A stretch of 64,000 bases of DNA, taken from NCBI GenBank assembly GCA_964367815.1, contig CAYIYR010000001.1, positions 5,831 through 69,830 on the forward strand, given 5' to 3'. The translations under genes and the position numbers were made by a program. Below are positions 9,782-20,962 of this stretch, one piece after another. Below the pieces are notes generated by a model, which was given only the letters and a program-made list of their open reading frames with translations, was not told where the DNA came from and searched no databases. The first letter of the stretch is position 1; the number at the start of each line of letters is the position of its first letter. This DNA comes from an uncultured Eubacteriales bacterium (GTDB lineage: Bacteria > Bacillota_I > Bacilli_A > RFN20 > UBA1709).

Positions 9782-10693
9782 ATGGATAAGGTATTAGTTA
9801 TTTGTGGTCCTACTTGTGTGGGTAAAACAAGTCTTTCAATTAATCTTGCCAAAGCCCTTAACGGAGAAATAATTAATGGTGATTCAATGCAAGTTTATAA
9901 AGAAATGAATGTTGGAACAGCCAAAATAAGTGAGAAAGAGAAAGAAGGCATCGCTCATCACCTGTTTGATATTAAAAATATACAACAGAGTTTTAGTGTT
10001 GCAGAATTTCAGAAACTAATCCGCCAAACTATTTCAGAAACCACTGAGAAGCATAAACTTCCAATTATTGTTGGGGGAACAGGTCTTTATTTAAAGGCCG
10101 GACTATATGACTACTTGTTTCAAGAGAATCAACCCACCGATTACAAATTAGATGTTAAAACCACCGAAGAGTTATATCTTCAATTGCAAGAACTTGATGA
10201 AAAGACCGCCCTCACCATTCATCCCAATAACCGTAAGAGAATAATTCGTGCCATTGAATTGTTCTATGAGACAGGAGTGGGCAAAGAAGGGCTTAATAAA
10301 TTACAAGAACATAAGCCATTATACGATGTTATCTATATCGGATTAACTAGACCACGCTCAGAACTGTACACGCTTATTGATGAAAGAGTAGACAAAATGA
10401 TGAGTCAAGGCTTGGAACAAGAAGCCAGATATGTATTGACTAATGCTTCTGCAAATTCAACCGCATTGCAAGCGATTGGATATAAAGAATTCAGATCTTA
10501 TCTAGAGGGAAATTCTACCTTAGAAGAAGTGGCGGCAGCCATCAAAAGTAACACGCATAAATTTGCTAAACGTCAATATACCTGGTTCAATCATCAGATG
10601 GATGTTAAATGGATAGATGTGCAGAACAAAACCATTGAGCAAATTGAAAAAGAAGCTTTGACTATTATTGAAAGCGGGTGGAATAATGGATGA
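9782..10693 (+). CDS. miaA: tRNA dimethylallyltransferase
   Basis: The 303-aa product has the P-loop VICGPTCVGKTSLSINLA and the GDSMQVYK motif. The ATG is 2 nt after the mutL stop. Confidence 0.95.
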   Translation: MDKVLVICGPTCVGKTSLSINLAKALNGEIINGDSMQVYKEMNVGTAKISEKEKEGIAHHLFDIKNIQQSFSVAEFQKLIRQTISETTEKHKLPIIVGGTGLYLKAGLYDYLFQENQPTDYKLDVKTTEELYLQLQELDEKTALTIHPNNRKRIIRAIELFYETGVGKEGLNKLQEHKPLYDVIYIGLTRPRSELYTLIDERVDKMMSQGLEQEARYVLTNASANSTALQAIGYKEFRSYLEGNSTLEEVAAAIKSNTHKFAKRQYTWFNHQMDVKWIDVQNKTIEQIEKEALTIIESGWNNG

Positions 10694-11375
10694 TAGATTT
10701 CTAAGAAATAAAATGTTTCTAGGAGAAGAAACAACAGATTTAATTTTCTCCAAGACCGTCTTAATTGTCGGATTAGGTGGAGTCGGAGGATATGCTGCTG
10801 AAGCTGTGGCTAGACTTGGCTTCGGTACTATTATTTTAGTCGACTATGATGTAGTAGATATAACAAATATAAATCGGCAAATAATTGCTTTAGAAGATAA
10901 CATTGGCAAGAAAAAAACCGCGCTTTTTAAAGAAAGAATTGGCCTCATCAATCCGGCGGTGACCGTCATAGTATACGATTGTTTCCTCGATGAAGAGCAC
11001 CTAACAATGTTTGATGATTTTAAGATTGATTATGTGGTTGATGCCATAGATACGATTACATCTAAAATTTTATTGATGAAAAAATGTGAAGAAAAGAACA
11101 TTTTTATTGCTAGTTCAATGGGGATGGCAAACCGCCTTGATCCCACTTTAATTAAGTGTACGAAACTTCATAAAACAGAAGGCGATCCTGTTGCAAAAAA
11201 AGTCAGAGAATTGGGTAGAAAATGCAATTTAGATTTAAAAAAAATAAATGTAGTTTGTTCTACTGAAATACCCGTTAATGCAGCTACTAAACCTTTGCCG
11301 AGTTTAATGCTTGTTCCAGCCGCAGCCGGTTTAGCTTGTGCCTATACTATAATAAAAGCGATAACACAGCAGTAA
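10686..11375 (+). CDS. tcdA: tRNA threonylcarbamoyladenosine dehydratase (ThiF/MoeB-family E1-like)
   Basis: The product has the ThiF fold with the Rossmann motif VGLGGVGGYAAEAVARLG. It has the TcdA/CsdL-type size and lacks the MoeB C-terminus. The ATG overlaps the miaA stop (ATGGATGA), and the RBS sits inside the miaA 3' end. Confidence 0.8.
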   Translation: MDDRFLRNKMFLGEETTDLIFSKTVLIVGLGGVGGYAAEAVARLGFGTIILVDYDVVDITNINRQIIALEDNIGKKKTALFKERIGLINPAVTVIVYDCFLDEEHLTMFDDFKIDYVVDAIDTITSKILLMKKCEEKNIFIASSMGMANRLDPTLIKCTKLHKTEGDPVAKKVRELGRKCNLDLKKINVVCSTEIPVNAATKPLPSLMLVPAAAGLACAYTIIKAITQQ

Positions 11376-11418
11376 AGTTCATGCTATAATAAAAAGAGTT
11401 TTTTGGAGTGTGTTTACT

Positions 11419-12738
11419 ATGAAAGAAAAGGTAAAGAACTATATCAAAGGTCAAGATGGTCAGATAACCTTGTTTCTGCTGGCAATCGGTCTATTTCTTA
11501 TTGTTGCTGCGTTCTGCTTATCCAGTCCATCAGATATATTCAGTGGAATCTGGTTAATCTTTAAATCTCCAGATATCTTAACAACCGATTATGTTGAATT
11601 AGCAAGCATTGGGGCCGCCCTCTTTAACTCGGGGTTAATGACCTTGATAATGGTTGGTCTGATCAAAATTTCTAAATCACCAATGTCTGGCATTTCAATT
11701 GCAGCCGTTCTAATTACTACCGGGTTCTCGCTATTCGGTAAGAATCTCCCTAATAGTATTCCTATAATTCTAGGCGTAGTGTTATATACGATATTCAAAA
11801 AAGAAAAATTCAGTAAGAATGTTAATACAGCAATTTTTGGCGCAACTATGGGACCATTGGTTTCTGAACTGTTCTCACATACCGAATGGCCACTAGGATG
11901 GGCGATTGCAATCGGTGCTATTGTTGGTATAGTGATAGGTTTTATTCTACCAGCAGTTGCCTCTTTTACAATGAACATTCACCAAGGCTATGTTTTATAT
12001 AATGTTGGCGTAGCCGCGGGTACGATAGTTGTTGCAGCGGTTTCCATAATGCGGGTAGCCGGATTTCAATTCTCTGAACAATTCTATTGGAATAAATCTT
12101 ATACAACTCTACTGACATGGATGTTCATAATTGTCTTTATTGTCTTTTGCGTTGTGGGATTTCTTCTTGATCGAAAAGGGATTTACAAAGCCCTTAAGAT
12201 GACTCGTTATTCTGGTCGTGCGGTCACTGACTACATTGTTCGTGAGGGAGTTGGACCAACACTTATTAATATGGGTTTATTAGGAATAATGAGTATTGTA
12301 TTTACAAGAATAGTTGGGGCACCTATAAACGGACCGACATTAGGAGCAATTATTACTATTGTTGGCTTTGGAGCATTTGGAAACAACTTACGCAATGTTA
12401 TCTATATCTTTCTTGGCGGTTTGATTGGCCATCTATGTGGATTGTGGGATTTTGCGACTGATTCTGGTGCGATATTAGCAATTCTCTTTGCAACTGGGAT
12501 TGCGCCAATTGGAGGCCAAAATGGTTGGTTTTGGGGAATCGTCTCAGGATTCTTGCATGTTTTCATTGTAAAGAATGTTGAAAGAATTCACGCCGGACTG
12601 ACTTTGTATAGCAATGGCTTTGCGGGAATGTTTGATGCGATTATCTTGTTGCCAATCATCGAAATATTTAAAGATCCTTGGAGAAAATTTAAGAATAGAA
12701 TAAGCGGAAAAAAAGGAGGAGAAGTTGATGAAGACTAG
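11419..12738 (+). CDS. polytopic membrane protein (recalled as DUF1576-like; unverified)
   Basis: The product has about 10 hydrophobic helices throughout. RBS GGAG at 11404-11407 precedes the ATG at 11419. The tracked ORF begins at an upstream GTG. Confidence 0.6.
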   Translation: MKEKVKNYIKGQDGQITLFLLAIGLFLIVAAFCLSSPSDIFSGIWLIFKSPDILTTDYVELASIGAALFNSGLMTLIMVGLIKISKSPMSGISIAAVLITTGFSLFGKNLPNSIPIILGVVLYTIFKKEKFSKNVNTAIFGATMGPLVSELFSHTEWPLGWAIAIGAIVGIVIGFILPAVASFTMNIHQGYVLYNVGVAAGTIVVAAVSIMRVAGFQFSEQFYWNKSYTTLLTWMFIIVFIVFCVVGFLLDRKGIYKALKMTRYSGRAVTDYIVREGVGPTLINMGLLGIMSIVFTRIVGAPINGPTLGAIITIVGFGAFGNNLRNVIYIFLGGLIGHLCGLWDFATDSGAILAILFATGIAPIGGQNGWFWGIVSGFLHVFIVKNVERIHAGLTLYSNGFAGMFDAIILLPIIEIFKDPWRKFKNRISGKKGGEVDED

Positions 12739-13075
12739 TGACAAGAAATTATTAAAGATTATCGATGTGTTTTATACTTATTGTTTTTATGTAGGTGGTA
12801 AAAATATCGATGTAAAAACAAAATTAGAAAACAATATTTTTTCAGCAACGATTAAGAGTGATTTTGATTTAAAATATCTTGATTTAATTCAAAGCTTGGA
12901 AGAAAAGCTGAACAAGCCAAGAAATCCATCGATGGAAGCTATGTATTGGAATGTCGTGGGTAACACAGAATTCCAAGATGATAACGACATTTACGTTGTT
13001 GGTAGTATGATAGATACCGCCGATATTATTATTCAAGAAAATCATTTTGAAATAAGACTTACAAGAGCGAAATAA
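12725..13075 (+). CDS. hypothetical protein (116 aa)
   Basis: The ORF overlaps the end of the upstream membrane-protein gene by 14 nt. I recognise no motif in it. A terminator follows. Confidence 0.45.
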   Translation: MMKTSDKKLLKIIDVFYTYCFYVGGKNIDVKTKLENNIFSATIKSDFDLKYLDLIQSLEEKLNKPRNPSMEAMYWNVVGNTEFQDDNDIYVVGSMIDTADIIIQENHFEIRLTRAK

Positions 13076-13091
13076 AGATTAATAAATTAAC

Positions 13092-13122
13092 AAAAAAGAA
13101 GCTATTGCATTAGCTTCTTTTT
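13092..13122. terminator. bidirectional rho-independent terminator
   Basis: Hairpin AAGAAGCTA-TTGCAT-TAGCTTCTT is flanked by A6 on one side and T5 on the other. It sits between two convergent genes. Confidence 0.65.
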
Positions 13123-13607
13123 GGTATGGTGATATCTTTTCCTGTCTTCTGTTTCAATAAGCGAAGAATTCGATTGACTTGAGAAGGAAAGAGAACAGAA
13201 ATATATAAACGACGCGTTACTTCATCTTTCCCAACACAAACTAGAAATCTTTTCATTCCTTTTCGTCCCAAAGAACGACCGAGAGAATTTCCAAAGGTTT
13301 CTTCAATCGTATAACTCACGATATTGTCAAACTCGATGGTTGTCTCGTATTGAATGCGCTCGTTTCTAATTAAAACAAAATCCTTATTCATCCAAATTGA
13401 TTTCTCATCATAGAAAATTGGATAACTGAAGAAATTTCTAATAAGCCAATATAAGCAATAAGCTGCTATAAAAATAGCTAATCCATAGAAAATGGATCCT
13501 TGCTCAACAATATACTTCATGACAAAAAGAGCAACACTGCCAGCAAAAATAAGTAAATATAACCAAATAAGGAATCCTAAAGGATAAATTTTCTTCAAAA
13601 TAGACAC
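13110..13607 (-). CDS. membrane protein with a bacterial PH-like (bPH_2/YdbS-like) domain
   Basis: The product has two N-terminal TM helices followed by a roughly 90-aa soluble domain. That architecture is typical of the YdbS/YdbT family. Confidence 0.5.
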   Translation of the reverse strand: MSILKKIYPLGFLIWLYLLIFAGSVALFVMKYIVEQGSIFYGLAIFIAAYCLYWLIRNFFSYPIFYDEKSIWMNKDFVLIRNERIQYETTIEFDNIVSYTIEETFGNSLGRSLGRKGMKRFLVCVGKDEVTRRLYISVLFPSQVNRILRLLKQKTGKDITIPKRS

Positions 13608-13657
13608 GCTCCTTGCTATTAATAAATAATAACATGAAGTGCGTGTCTTTTCAAAAA

Positions 13658-14644
13658 CTATCGGACTTTTTCACTGTATTCGGTTGTAACTAAGGTTTCA
13701 TATTTTGGGCGGGACTTCAATTGACCAGCCAATTCAGCTATGTCCATCAGTTTTTCGTAGTTTTCTTTTTTCAAGGACAAATCAGTAGGCCATGCTTCAA
13801 TAGATTTATATCTTTCAACAACGGTAGTTATTTCGGCACTTGTATTTGATGAGAAATATGGCTGTAATAGTTTAGCAATTTCTGAACTATCGGCTTTATT
13901 TACCCACTCTAAAGCCTTATAGATGGCACGAGTAAACTTTTCAATTGTCCCGCCATTATCTTTCATGTAACTCTTAAGAGTACTATAACAGGTATAGGGA
14001 ATTGGCCCGGCTTCTTTTCCTAATGAAAGAACCATATGACCTTTACCATTATTAATAACCTGTGTAGCTGTTGGCTCAAACAGAGCAACATAATCGCCTT
14101 GACCAGAGCTAAAAGCACCAGCAAGGACATCAAAAGCCACATCAGTTCTGACACAGACATCTTTAGTAGTGTCATCGACATCAACACTTAATTTATTCTG
14201 CTTAAGCACATATTCTAATACCATTTCCGGCATCCCGCCTAATCGACCACCAATAATGGTCTTTCCTTTTAACTGGGACCACTCAAAATTTTGAACTGGA
14301 TCTTTTGACAGTAAGAAACTCCCATCTCTTTGCGTTAATTGAGCAAAGTTAATCGCATAGTCTTCTTGACCGTTCAAATAAACATACATCGAAGCTTCTG
14401 GTCCCATTAAACCAATATGAGCCTCTTTAGATAATAGAGCGGCCATCGTTTTATCGGCGCCAGGTGTAGTAATAATATCAACTTCTAATCCTTCTTCAGC
14501 GAAGAAACCTTTTTCTATCGCAACATACTGAGGAGCATAGAAAATGGAATGCGTAACTTCCGCAATCGTTATTTTGTTTTTGTTGCTGCAAGCAGCTAGA
14601 GGAATTAGAAACAGCAAAACAAGTAAATACTTTAACTTTTTCAT
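13658..14644 (-). CDS. ABC transporter substrate-binding lipoprotein, NitT/TauT (NMT1/THI5-like) family
   Basis: The lipobox LAAC follows the signal peptide. The fold is NMT1/SsuA-like. This is the last gene of a 3-gene operon on the minus strand. Confidence 0.85.
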   Translation of the reverse strand: MKKLKYLLVLLFLIPLAACSNKNKITIAEVTHSIFYAPQYVAIEKGFFAEEGLEVDIITTPGADKTMAALLSKEAHIGLMGPEASMYVYLNGQEDYAINFAQLTQRDGSFLLSKDPVQNFEWSQLKGKTIIGGRLGGMPEMVLEYVLKQNKLSVDVDDTTKDVCVRTDVAFDVLAGAFSSGQGDYVALFEPTATQVINNGKGHMVLSLGKEAGPIPYTCYSTLKSYMKDNGGTIEKFTRAIYKALEWVNKADSSEIAKLLQPYFSSNTSAEITTVVERYKSIEAWPTDLSLKKENYEKLMDIAELAGQLKSRPKYETLVTTEYSEKVR

Positions 14645-14655
14645 CTTTTTCCTTT

Positions 14656-15450
14656 CTATCGTTTAGAGCGATAATAATTTTCAATTAAATTGACAACTGC
14701 ATACATCAAGAAGGCTAATATTGCCAAAGAAATAACGCCCATCATAACTAGATCCATCTGGAATACTTGACTACCATATACTACTAGGTAACCAATGCCA
14801 AAACGAGAAACCATAAATTCTCCTACGATTACACCAACCCAAGCCATTCCAATATTAATTTTGATAATGTTTATCATATTTGCAAAGTTAGCAGGCAAAA
14901 CAAGTTTAAAAAGAATCTGAAATTTGTTCGCACCAAATGTTCTTAACATCTTAATCTTTTCTTCTTCAATACCAACAAAGTAACTATAGGCGGAAAGAAT
15001 GGTGAGAACTAGCGAGATTGAGATTGCAACAACAACGATTCCTTTTATTCCTGTTCCAGCCCAGATAATCATAATAGGAGCGAGAGCCGTTTTGGGCAAG
15101 GCGTTTAGAACCACGAGAAATGGATCAAGGATTCTACTTAAAGTTGGACTCCACCAGAGAATGATAGCAATCACAATTCCGGTAAATGAGCCAATAACAA
15201 GGCCAATAAGCGTTTCTAATAAGGAAATAGAAAGATGCTTGAATAATTCGCCACTTTCTAAATAACGAGCAAACAACGCAAAAATTTCGCTTGGTTTGCT
15301 AATTAGAAAGACATTGATAAGATTTAATGAAGCGCTTAATTCCCAAAGCCCAAGCAGAGAAATGAAAATGGCCAGCTGGATAATAAGTATTCTTCTCTTA
15401 TTTCTCTTTTTCTTTTTCAAGTATTCTTCCATGGAGTTCGCTTTAATCAT
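14656..15450 (-). CDS. ABC transporter permease, NitT/TauT family
   Basis: The product has 6 TM helices and an EAA-like loop. The ATG at 15450 overlaps the ATPase stop (ATGATTAA), with GGAAGGAG 10 nt upstream. Confidence 0.85.
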   Translation of the reverse strand: MIKANSMEEYLKKKKRNKRRILIIQLAIFISLLGLWELSASLNLINVFLISKPSEIFALFARYLESGELFKHLSISLLETLIGLVIGSFTGIVIAIILWWSPTLSRILDPFLVVLNALPKTALAPIMIIWAGTGIKGIVVVAISISLVLTILSAYSYFVGIEEEKIKMLRTFGANKFQILFKLVLPANFANMINIIKINIGMAWVGVIVGEFMVSRFGIGYLVVYGSQVFQMDLVMMGVISLAILAFLMYAVVNLIENYYRSKR

Positions 15451-16189
15451 TGTCATTCAACTCCTTCCAAATAGCATCAAAGTAAGTCTTAAAATCACTA
15501 CTGGTTCTTACGCGCAATGGAGTGCGCTCTTCATTTGGAAAAAAGTCGATTTTGTGGATACTTTTTATTCTTGCTGGTCTTTTGGTTAAGACAACAACAT
15601 AATCGGCCATTGCAATTGCTTCGGTAATGTCATGAGTAACAAGGATTGTTGCTTTGTTCTCCTGCCGTATAATGTGATATACGTCTTCTTGAACAGTCAA
15701 TTTGGTTTGGTAATCCAAGGCAGAGAAAGGTTCATCTAGTAAAAGGATGTCTGGATTTAAAGTTAGTGTTCTAATTAAGGCCACTCTTTGTCTCATGCCA
15801 CCAGACAGTTCTTTTGGATGATAATCGCGAAACTCTTTCAGACCGTATTTTTCAATAAGCGCATCGATGTGGCAATAGTCTTCTCGGTTCTTTTGCCGGC
15901 TTATCTCCAGGCCCAAAGTAATGTTCTTATAAACGTTTCGCCAATCTAATAGATTGTCTTTTTGAAACATATATCCTAGTTTTCCTAGCTTAACAATTTT
16001 GCCTTCAGTAGGCTGTTCCAATCCACTGATTAAATTTAAGACTGTAGATTTTCCGCAGCCAGAGGGACCAACCAACGCAATGATTTTTCCGGCAGGCAAA
16101 CTAAAAGAGATATCTTTCAGCACTTCGATAGTTCCTTTGTCAGTAAAAAAACTCTTAGATATATGGGTCAACTCTAAAATATCTGCCAT
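15443..16189 (-). CDS. ABC transporter ATP-binding protein, NitT/TauT family
   Basis: The product has Walker A (GPSGCGKST), the signature LSGGMRQR, and Walker B (ILLLDEPFSALD). Confidence 0.9.
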   Translation of the reverse strand: MADILELTHISKSFFTDKGTIEVLKDISFSLPAGKIIALVGPSGCGKSTVLNLISGLEQPTEGKIVKLGKLGYMFQKDNLLDWRNVYKNITLGLEISRQKNREDYCHIDALIEKYGLKEFRDYHPKELSGGMRQRVALIRTLTLNPDILLLDEPFSALDYQTKLTVQEDVYHIIRQENKATILVTHDITEAIAMADYVVVLTKRPARIKSIHKIDFFPNEERTPLRVRTSSDFKTYFDAIWKELNDND

Positions 16190-16342
16190 TCTATTCCACC
16201 TTGCAAACCTAATAACATAATATTAAGTTGACAGTATTCGGTGATTACCTACCTAGCCCAAATGTAATCTTCTTTAGAAGAGGAATGCCCTATTATTGTG
16301 ACTTAAGTTATGAGATTTATTTTTTTCACGCATATTATATGA

Positions 16343-16894
16343 ATGGGTGAAAATGTGTTTCAAACAAAAAGATGTCTAGTTAGACGATTTCGCTATTCTG
16401 ATTTACAAGATGTTTTCTTTTATTCTTCTAACCCCAAGATCGGTCCAATGGCAGGATGGAGACCACATTCTTCAATTGAAGAAACTTATCAGACCTTAAG
16501 AACTTTTATCAGCAGTGATGAATTGTGGGCGATTGTCGATAAGTCTACTAATTGTGTTATAGGCTCAATTGGTGTTCATCGTGAGCCTTCACAAGAAGAT
16601 TCACAGGTGCGAATGATTGGATATGTATTATCGGAGCCTTATTGGGGCAAAGGAATAATGGTAGAAGTGGTTAGTGCAATGATATGTTATGTTTTCACCA
16701 AGACCAATATCGAGTTATTGACCATTCGTCATTATTCTTTCAATTATCAATCAAAACGCGTAATTGAAAAGTGCGGTTTTCATTTTGATGGTATAGTTAC
16801 AAAAGGCAGCCGCTTAATTAATGGTGAAATGTGTGATGATTATCGTTATTCATTAAGGAAAGAAGATTATTTGCGAAATTTAAGAAAAATTTAA
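16343..16894 (+). CDS. GNAT family N-acetyltransferase (RimJ/RimL-like)
   Basis: The product has an acetyl-CoA-binding core (GYVLSEPYWGKGIMVEVVSA). It is transcribed divergently from the ABC operon. Confidence 0.75.
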   Translation: MGENVFQTKRCLVRRFRYSDLQDVFFYSSNPKIGPMAGWRPHSSIEETYQTLRTFISSDELWAIVDKSTNCVIGSIGVHREPSQEDSQVRMIGYVLSEPYWGKGIMVEVVSAMICYVFTKTNIELLTIRHYSFNYQSKRVIEKCGFHFDGIVTKGSRLINGEMCDDYRYSLRKEDYLRNLRKI

Positions 16895-16948
16895 TATTCT
16901 TTGATATAATATTTATGCTATAGTTAGATAGCACAAAGGAGATATAAA

Positions 16949-17644
16949 ATGGAAGAAGAAAAAAAAGAATTTAACGAAACACCTGAAAACGAAGAAAAAG
17001 AAAAGGTGGAAGTTGAAATAGTTGAAGAAACAAAACCAGTCGAGACAAGTGGTACCGAATCAGTTGATCAGCCAGAAGTAGAAGAAGTCATTGAACCGGG
17101 ATTGACTAGAGATCTCACCATTTCTCAGACAACCTATACAGAGTTTTTTAACCGCAATATGGTAAAAAGGCAAATACTAACAACGGTGTATACTGTTGTT
17201 ATCATGATAGTTATACTATATCTATTTAGAAAAGATCAGACCATTGCAGAATTTCTTGCTCAAGCAGGGATTTTCACTGGAGTTATTATTGTTGTATCTT
17301 TCCTCTTTGGACTACTTTCATCTAAAATGCTAGTAAAGAAGAATTACATTCGTTCTGGATTAGACAGAATAACAATAAATGTTACTTTTAACTCTAAAGG
17401 AATATACCAGCAAGTGGAAAATCAAAAAGCTGCCACTCATTGGGAAGAGATTGCAAATGTTGAAGAGACAGAAAATTCATTGTTCTTCATTTCTGGAAAC
17501 AGACGGGCAATAATTCTATCGACGGATAAGCTCATGCCCGGCGATAGAGAATATATTCGCAGTTTAGCAACTGGCAAAGTCGGTGAAGAGCATTATAAGA
17601 TTGCAAAAAGTAAAAAAGAAAAAGGAGATAGCGAGATTCGTTAA
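16949..17644 (+). CDS. hypothetical membrane protein with an acidic N-terminus and YcxB-like C-terminal region
   Basis: A Glu-rich N-terminus is followed by 2 TM helices and a soluble C-terminal domain. Confidence 0.45.
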   Translation: MEEEKKEFNETPENEEKEKVEVEIVEETKPVETSGTESVDQPEVEEVIEPGLTRDLTISQTTYTEFFNRNMVKRQILTTVYTVVIMIVILYLFRKDQTIAEFLAQAGIFTGVIIVVSFLFGLLSSKMLVKKNYIRSGLDRITINVTFNSKGIYQQVENQKAATHWEEIANVEETENSLFFISGNRRAIILSTDKLMPGDREYIRSLATGKVGEEHYKIAKSKKEKGDSEIR

Positions 17645-18267
17645 TCTCCTTTTTTCTCCTCTTTTATAGAGTATTTACATCCGCAATAGTTCTGACGATA
17701 AAGATTATACTTAGTAGTTAAGGCGAGTCCAATTTCTTGACCGCCTTTTTTCTTGAAATTATGAACTAGAAATTTTGTGTTCGGGAAGAAACCGCTTAAA
17801 ACAAGGCCAATCTTATTTATTACTTGTTCATCTTTTTGCCGACTAATTGTCATTACGGTTGAAAAGTAATCAAAATGATTGTCGCTAGCGTATTGATAGG
17901 TTTCCTTCATTCTTGTAACAAAGCAGAGATGACAACGCGGTCCTCGTTCGGGATCTTTACGGCGAATTCCGATATAGTCCATATAATTGATATCATAAGG
18001 TGTTTTTATAAGTTTAATCGCCGAATTATGCTCAGAATTAAATAATGAAAGATAATTTTCTAATTCTTCTAAACGACGATCATGTTCTTCAATGGGATAA
18101 ATATTTGAATTATTGAAATAAACTGTAATTTCAAAATAATCGTTCAATAATTGCAGAGGATAAGTCGAACAAGGCGCGCAACAGGCATGCAAAAGCAGGG
18201 TTGGACGCAGGCCACTTCTTGCAATTCCATCTAAGGTTTTCTTGCCAATTTGGTAACTGTTTATCAT
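17641..18267 (-). CDS. queH: epoxyqueuosine reductase QueH (DUF208)
   Basis: The CCAPCS motif is near the N-terminus and Cys pairs (CHLCF, CGCKYS) occur later. It sits immediately downstream of queA. Confidence 0.8.
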   Translation of the reverse strand: MINSYQIGKKTLDGIARSGLRPTLLLHACCAPCSTYPLQLLNDYFEITVYFNNSNIYPIEEHDRRLEELENYLSLFNSEHNSAIKLIKTPYDINYMDYIGIRRKDPERGPRCHLCFVTRMKETYQYASDNHFDYFSTVMTISRQKDEQVINKIGLVLSGFFPNTKFLVHNFKKKGGQEIGLALTTKYNLYRQNYCGCKYSIKEEKKGD

Positions 18268-19289
18268 ATTATAAGCATGCCATCACCAAAGGAGAAGAAA
18301 CGGTATTCTTTTTGAATGGCTTCACTGTAAGCTTTCATTATTAACTCTTTAGTTGCGAAAGCAGAAACAAGCATAACTAAAGTAGATTTTGGTAAGTGGA
18401 AATTAGTAATAATGGTATCAACGGCTTTGAATTTATATCCAGGATAAATAAAAATATTAGTTTTCTCAGTAGTTGGCTGGAAAGTATTATATTTTGAATA
18501 GTTTGCTTCCAAAGTTCTCACAGAAGTAGTGCCAATAGCGATAATCCGGCGATATTCACGCTTCGCTAAATTTAATCTTTCAGCGGCTTCTTTACTAACC
18601 ATATAATATTCTTCATGCATAATGTGATTTTCGATTGATGCTACTTCAACTGGTCTAAAAGTACCCAAACCAACATGAAGGGTAATATCAATTACTTCCA
18701 CACCTTTTTCACGAATTTGATCAAATAATTCTTCTGTAAAATGGAAACCCGCTGTTGGGGCGGCGGCACTGCCATTTATTTTAGCGTATACAGTTTGATA
18801 ACGATCCTTATCTTCTAATTTTTCTTTGATATATGGTGGCAAAGGCATTTGGCCCAATTCATCCAAAAGTTCATAGAAAATACCAGTATAATGCATCTTA
18901 AAAATACGCAAGCCCTCATCTTTGACTTCTAGACATTCAGCCTTTAATTTACCTTCACCAAAATCGATGAAAGTTCCTTCTTTGACCGTTCTTGCATTGC
19001 CAACAAGACATTCCCAAGTGTCATTTTCTAATTGTCTTAACAAGAGTAATTCAACATGAGCTCCTGTTTGCTCTTTTATTCCTAGCAATCTTGCGGGGAT
19101 GACACGCGTGTTGTTGCGAACTAAGACATCTCCAGGATTAAGGTATTCGACAATGTCCTTAAAATGACGATGTTCAATTGATTGAGTCGCACGATTTAAA
19201 ACAAGCATTCTTGAATCCGCCCGATTTAAGAGCGGAGTTTGAGCAATTAAGCGCTTTGGTAAATCAAAATCAAAATCATTTGTATTCAT
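18264..19289 (-). CDS. queA: S-adenosylmethionine:tRNA ribosyltransferase-isomerase
   Basis: The product ([20 protein letters not shown]...[15 protein letters not shown]...[13 protein letters not shown]) is co-linear with B. subtilis QueA. I placed the start at the second Met of the tracked ORF. Confidence 0.9.
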   Translation of the reverse strand: MNTNDFDFDLPKRLIAQTPLLNRADSRMLVLNRATQSIEHRHFKDIVEYLNPGDVLVRNNTRVIPARLLGIKEQTGAHVELLLLRQLENDTWECLVGNARTVKEGTFIDFGEGKLKAECLEVKDEGLRIFKMHYTGIFYELLDELGQMPLPPYIKEKLEDKDRYQTVYAKINGSAAAPTAGFHFTEELFDQIREKGVEVIDITLHVGLGTFRPVEVASIENHIMHEEYYMVSKEAAERLNLAKREYRRIIAIGTTSVRTLEANYSKYNTFQPTTEKTNIFIYPGYKFKAVDTIITNFHLPKSTLVMLVSAFATKELIMKAYSEAIQKEYRFFSFGDGMLII

Positions 19290-19290
19290 A

Positions 19291-20895
<1,605 letters not shown>

Positions 20896-20896
20896 A

Positions 20897-20920
20897 CCGC
20901 TCAGCGGTTTTTTTCTTTTT
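20897..20920 (+). terminator. rho-independent terminator after rpoE
   Basis: Hairpin AACCGC-TCA-GCGGTT is followed by TTTTTTCTTTTT. Confidence 0.6.
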
Positions 20921-20962
20921 ATATAGATATTGTGATAAGATAATAAGGTGGAGGAAATAACA

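Noticed and set aside
16190-16342. A possible TPP riboswitch upstream of the NMT1/THI5-like ABC operon
   Set aside because: On the minus strand there is no CUGAGA or thiamin-box-like element and no conserved P2/P3 helices. It is only a divergent promoter region.
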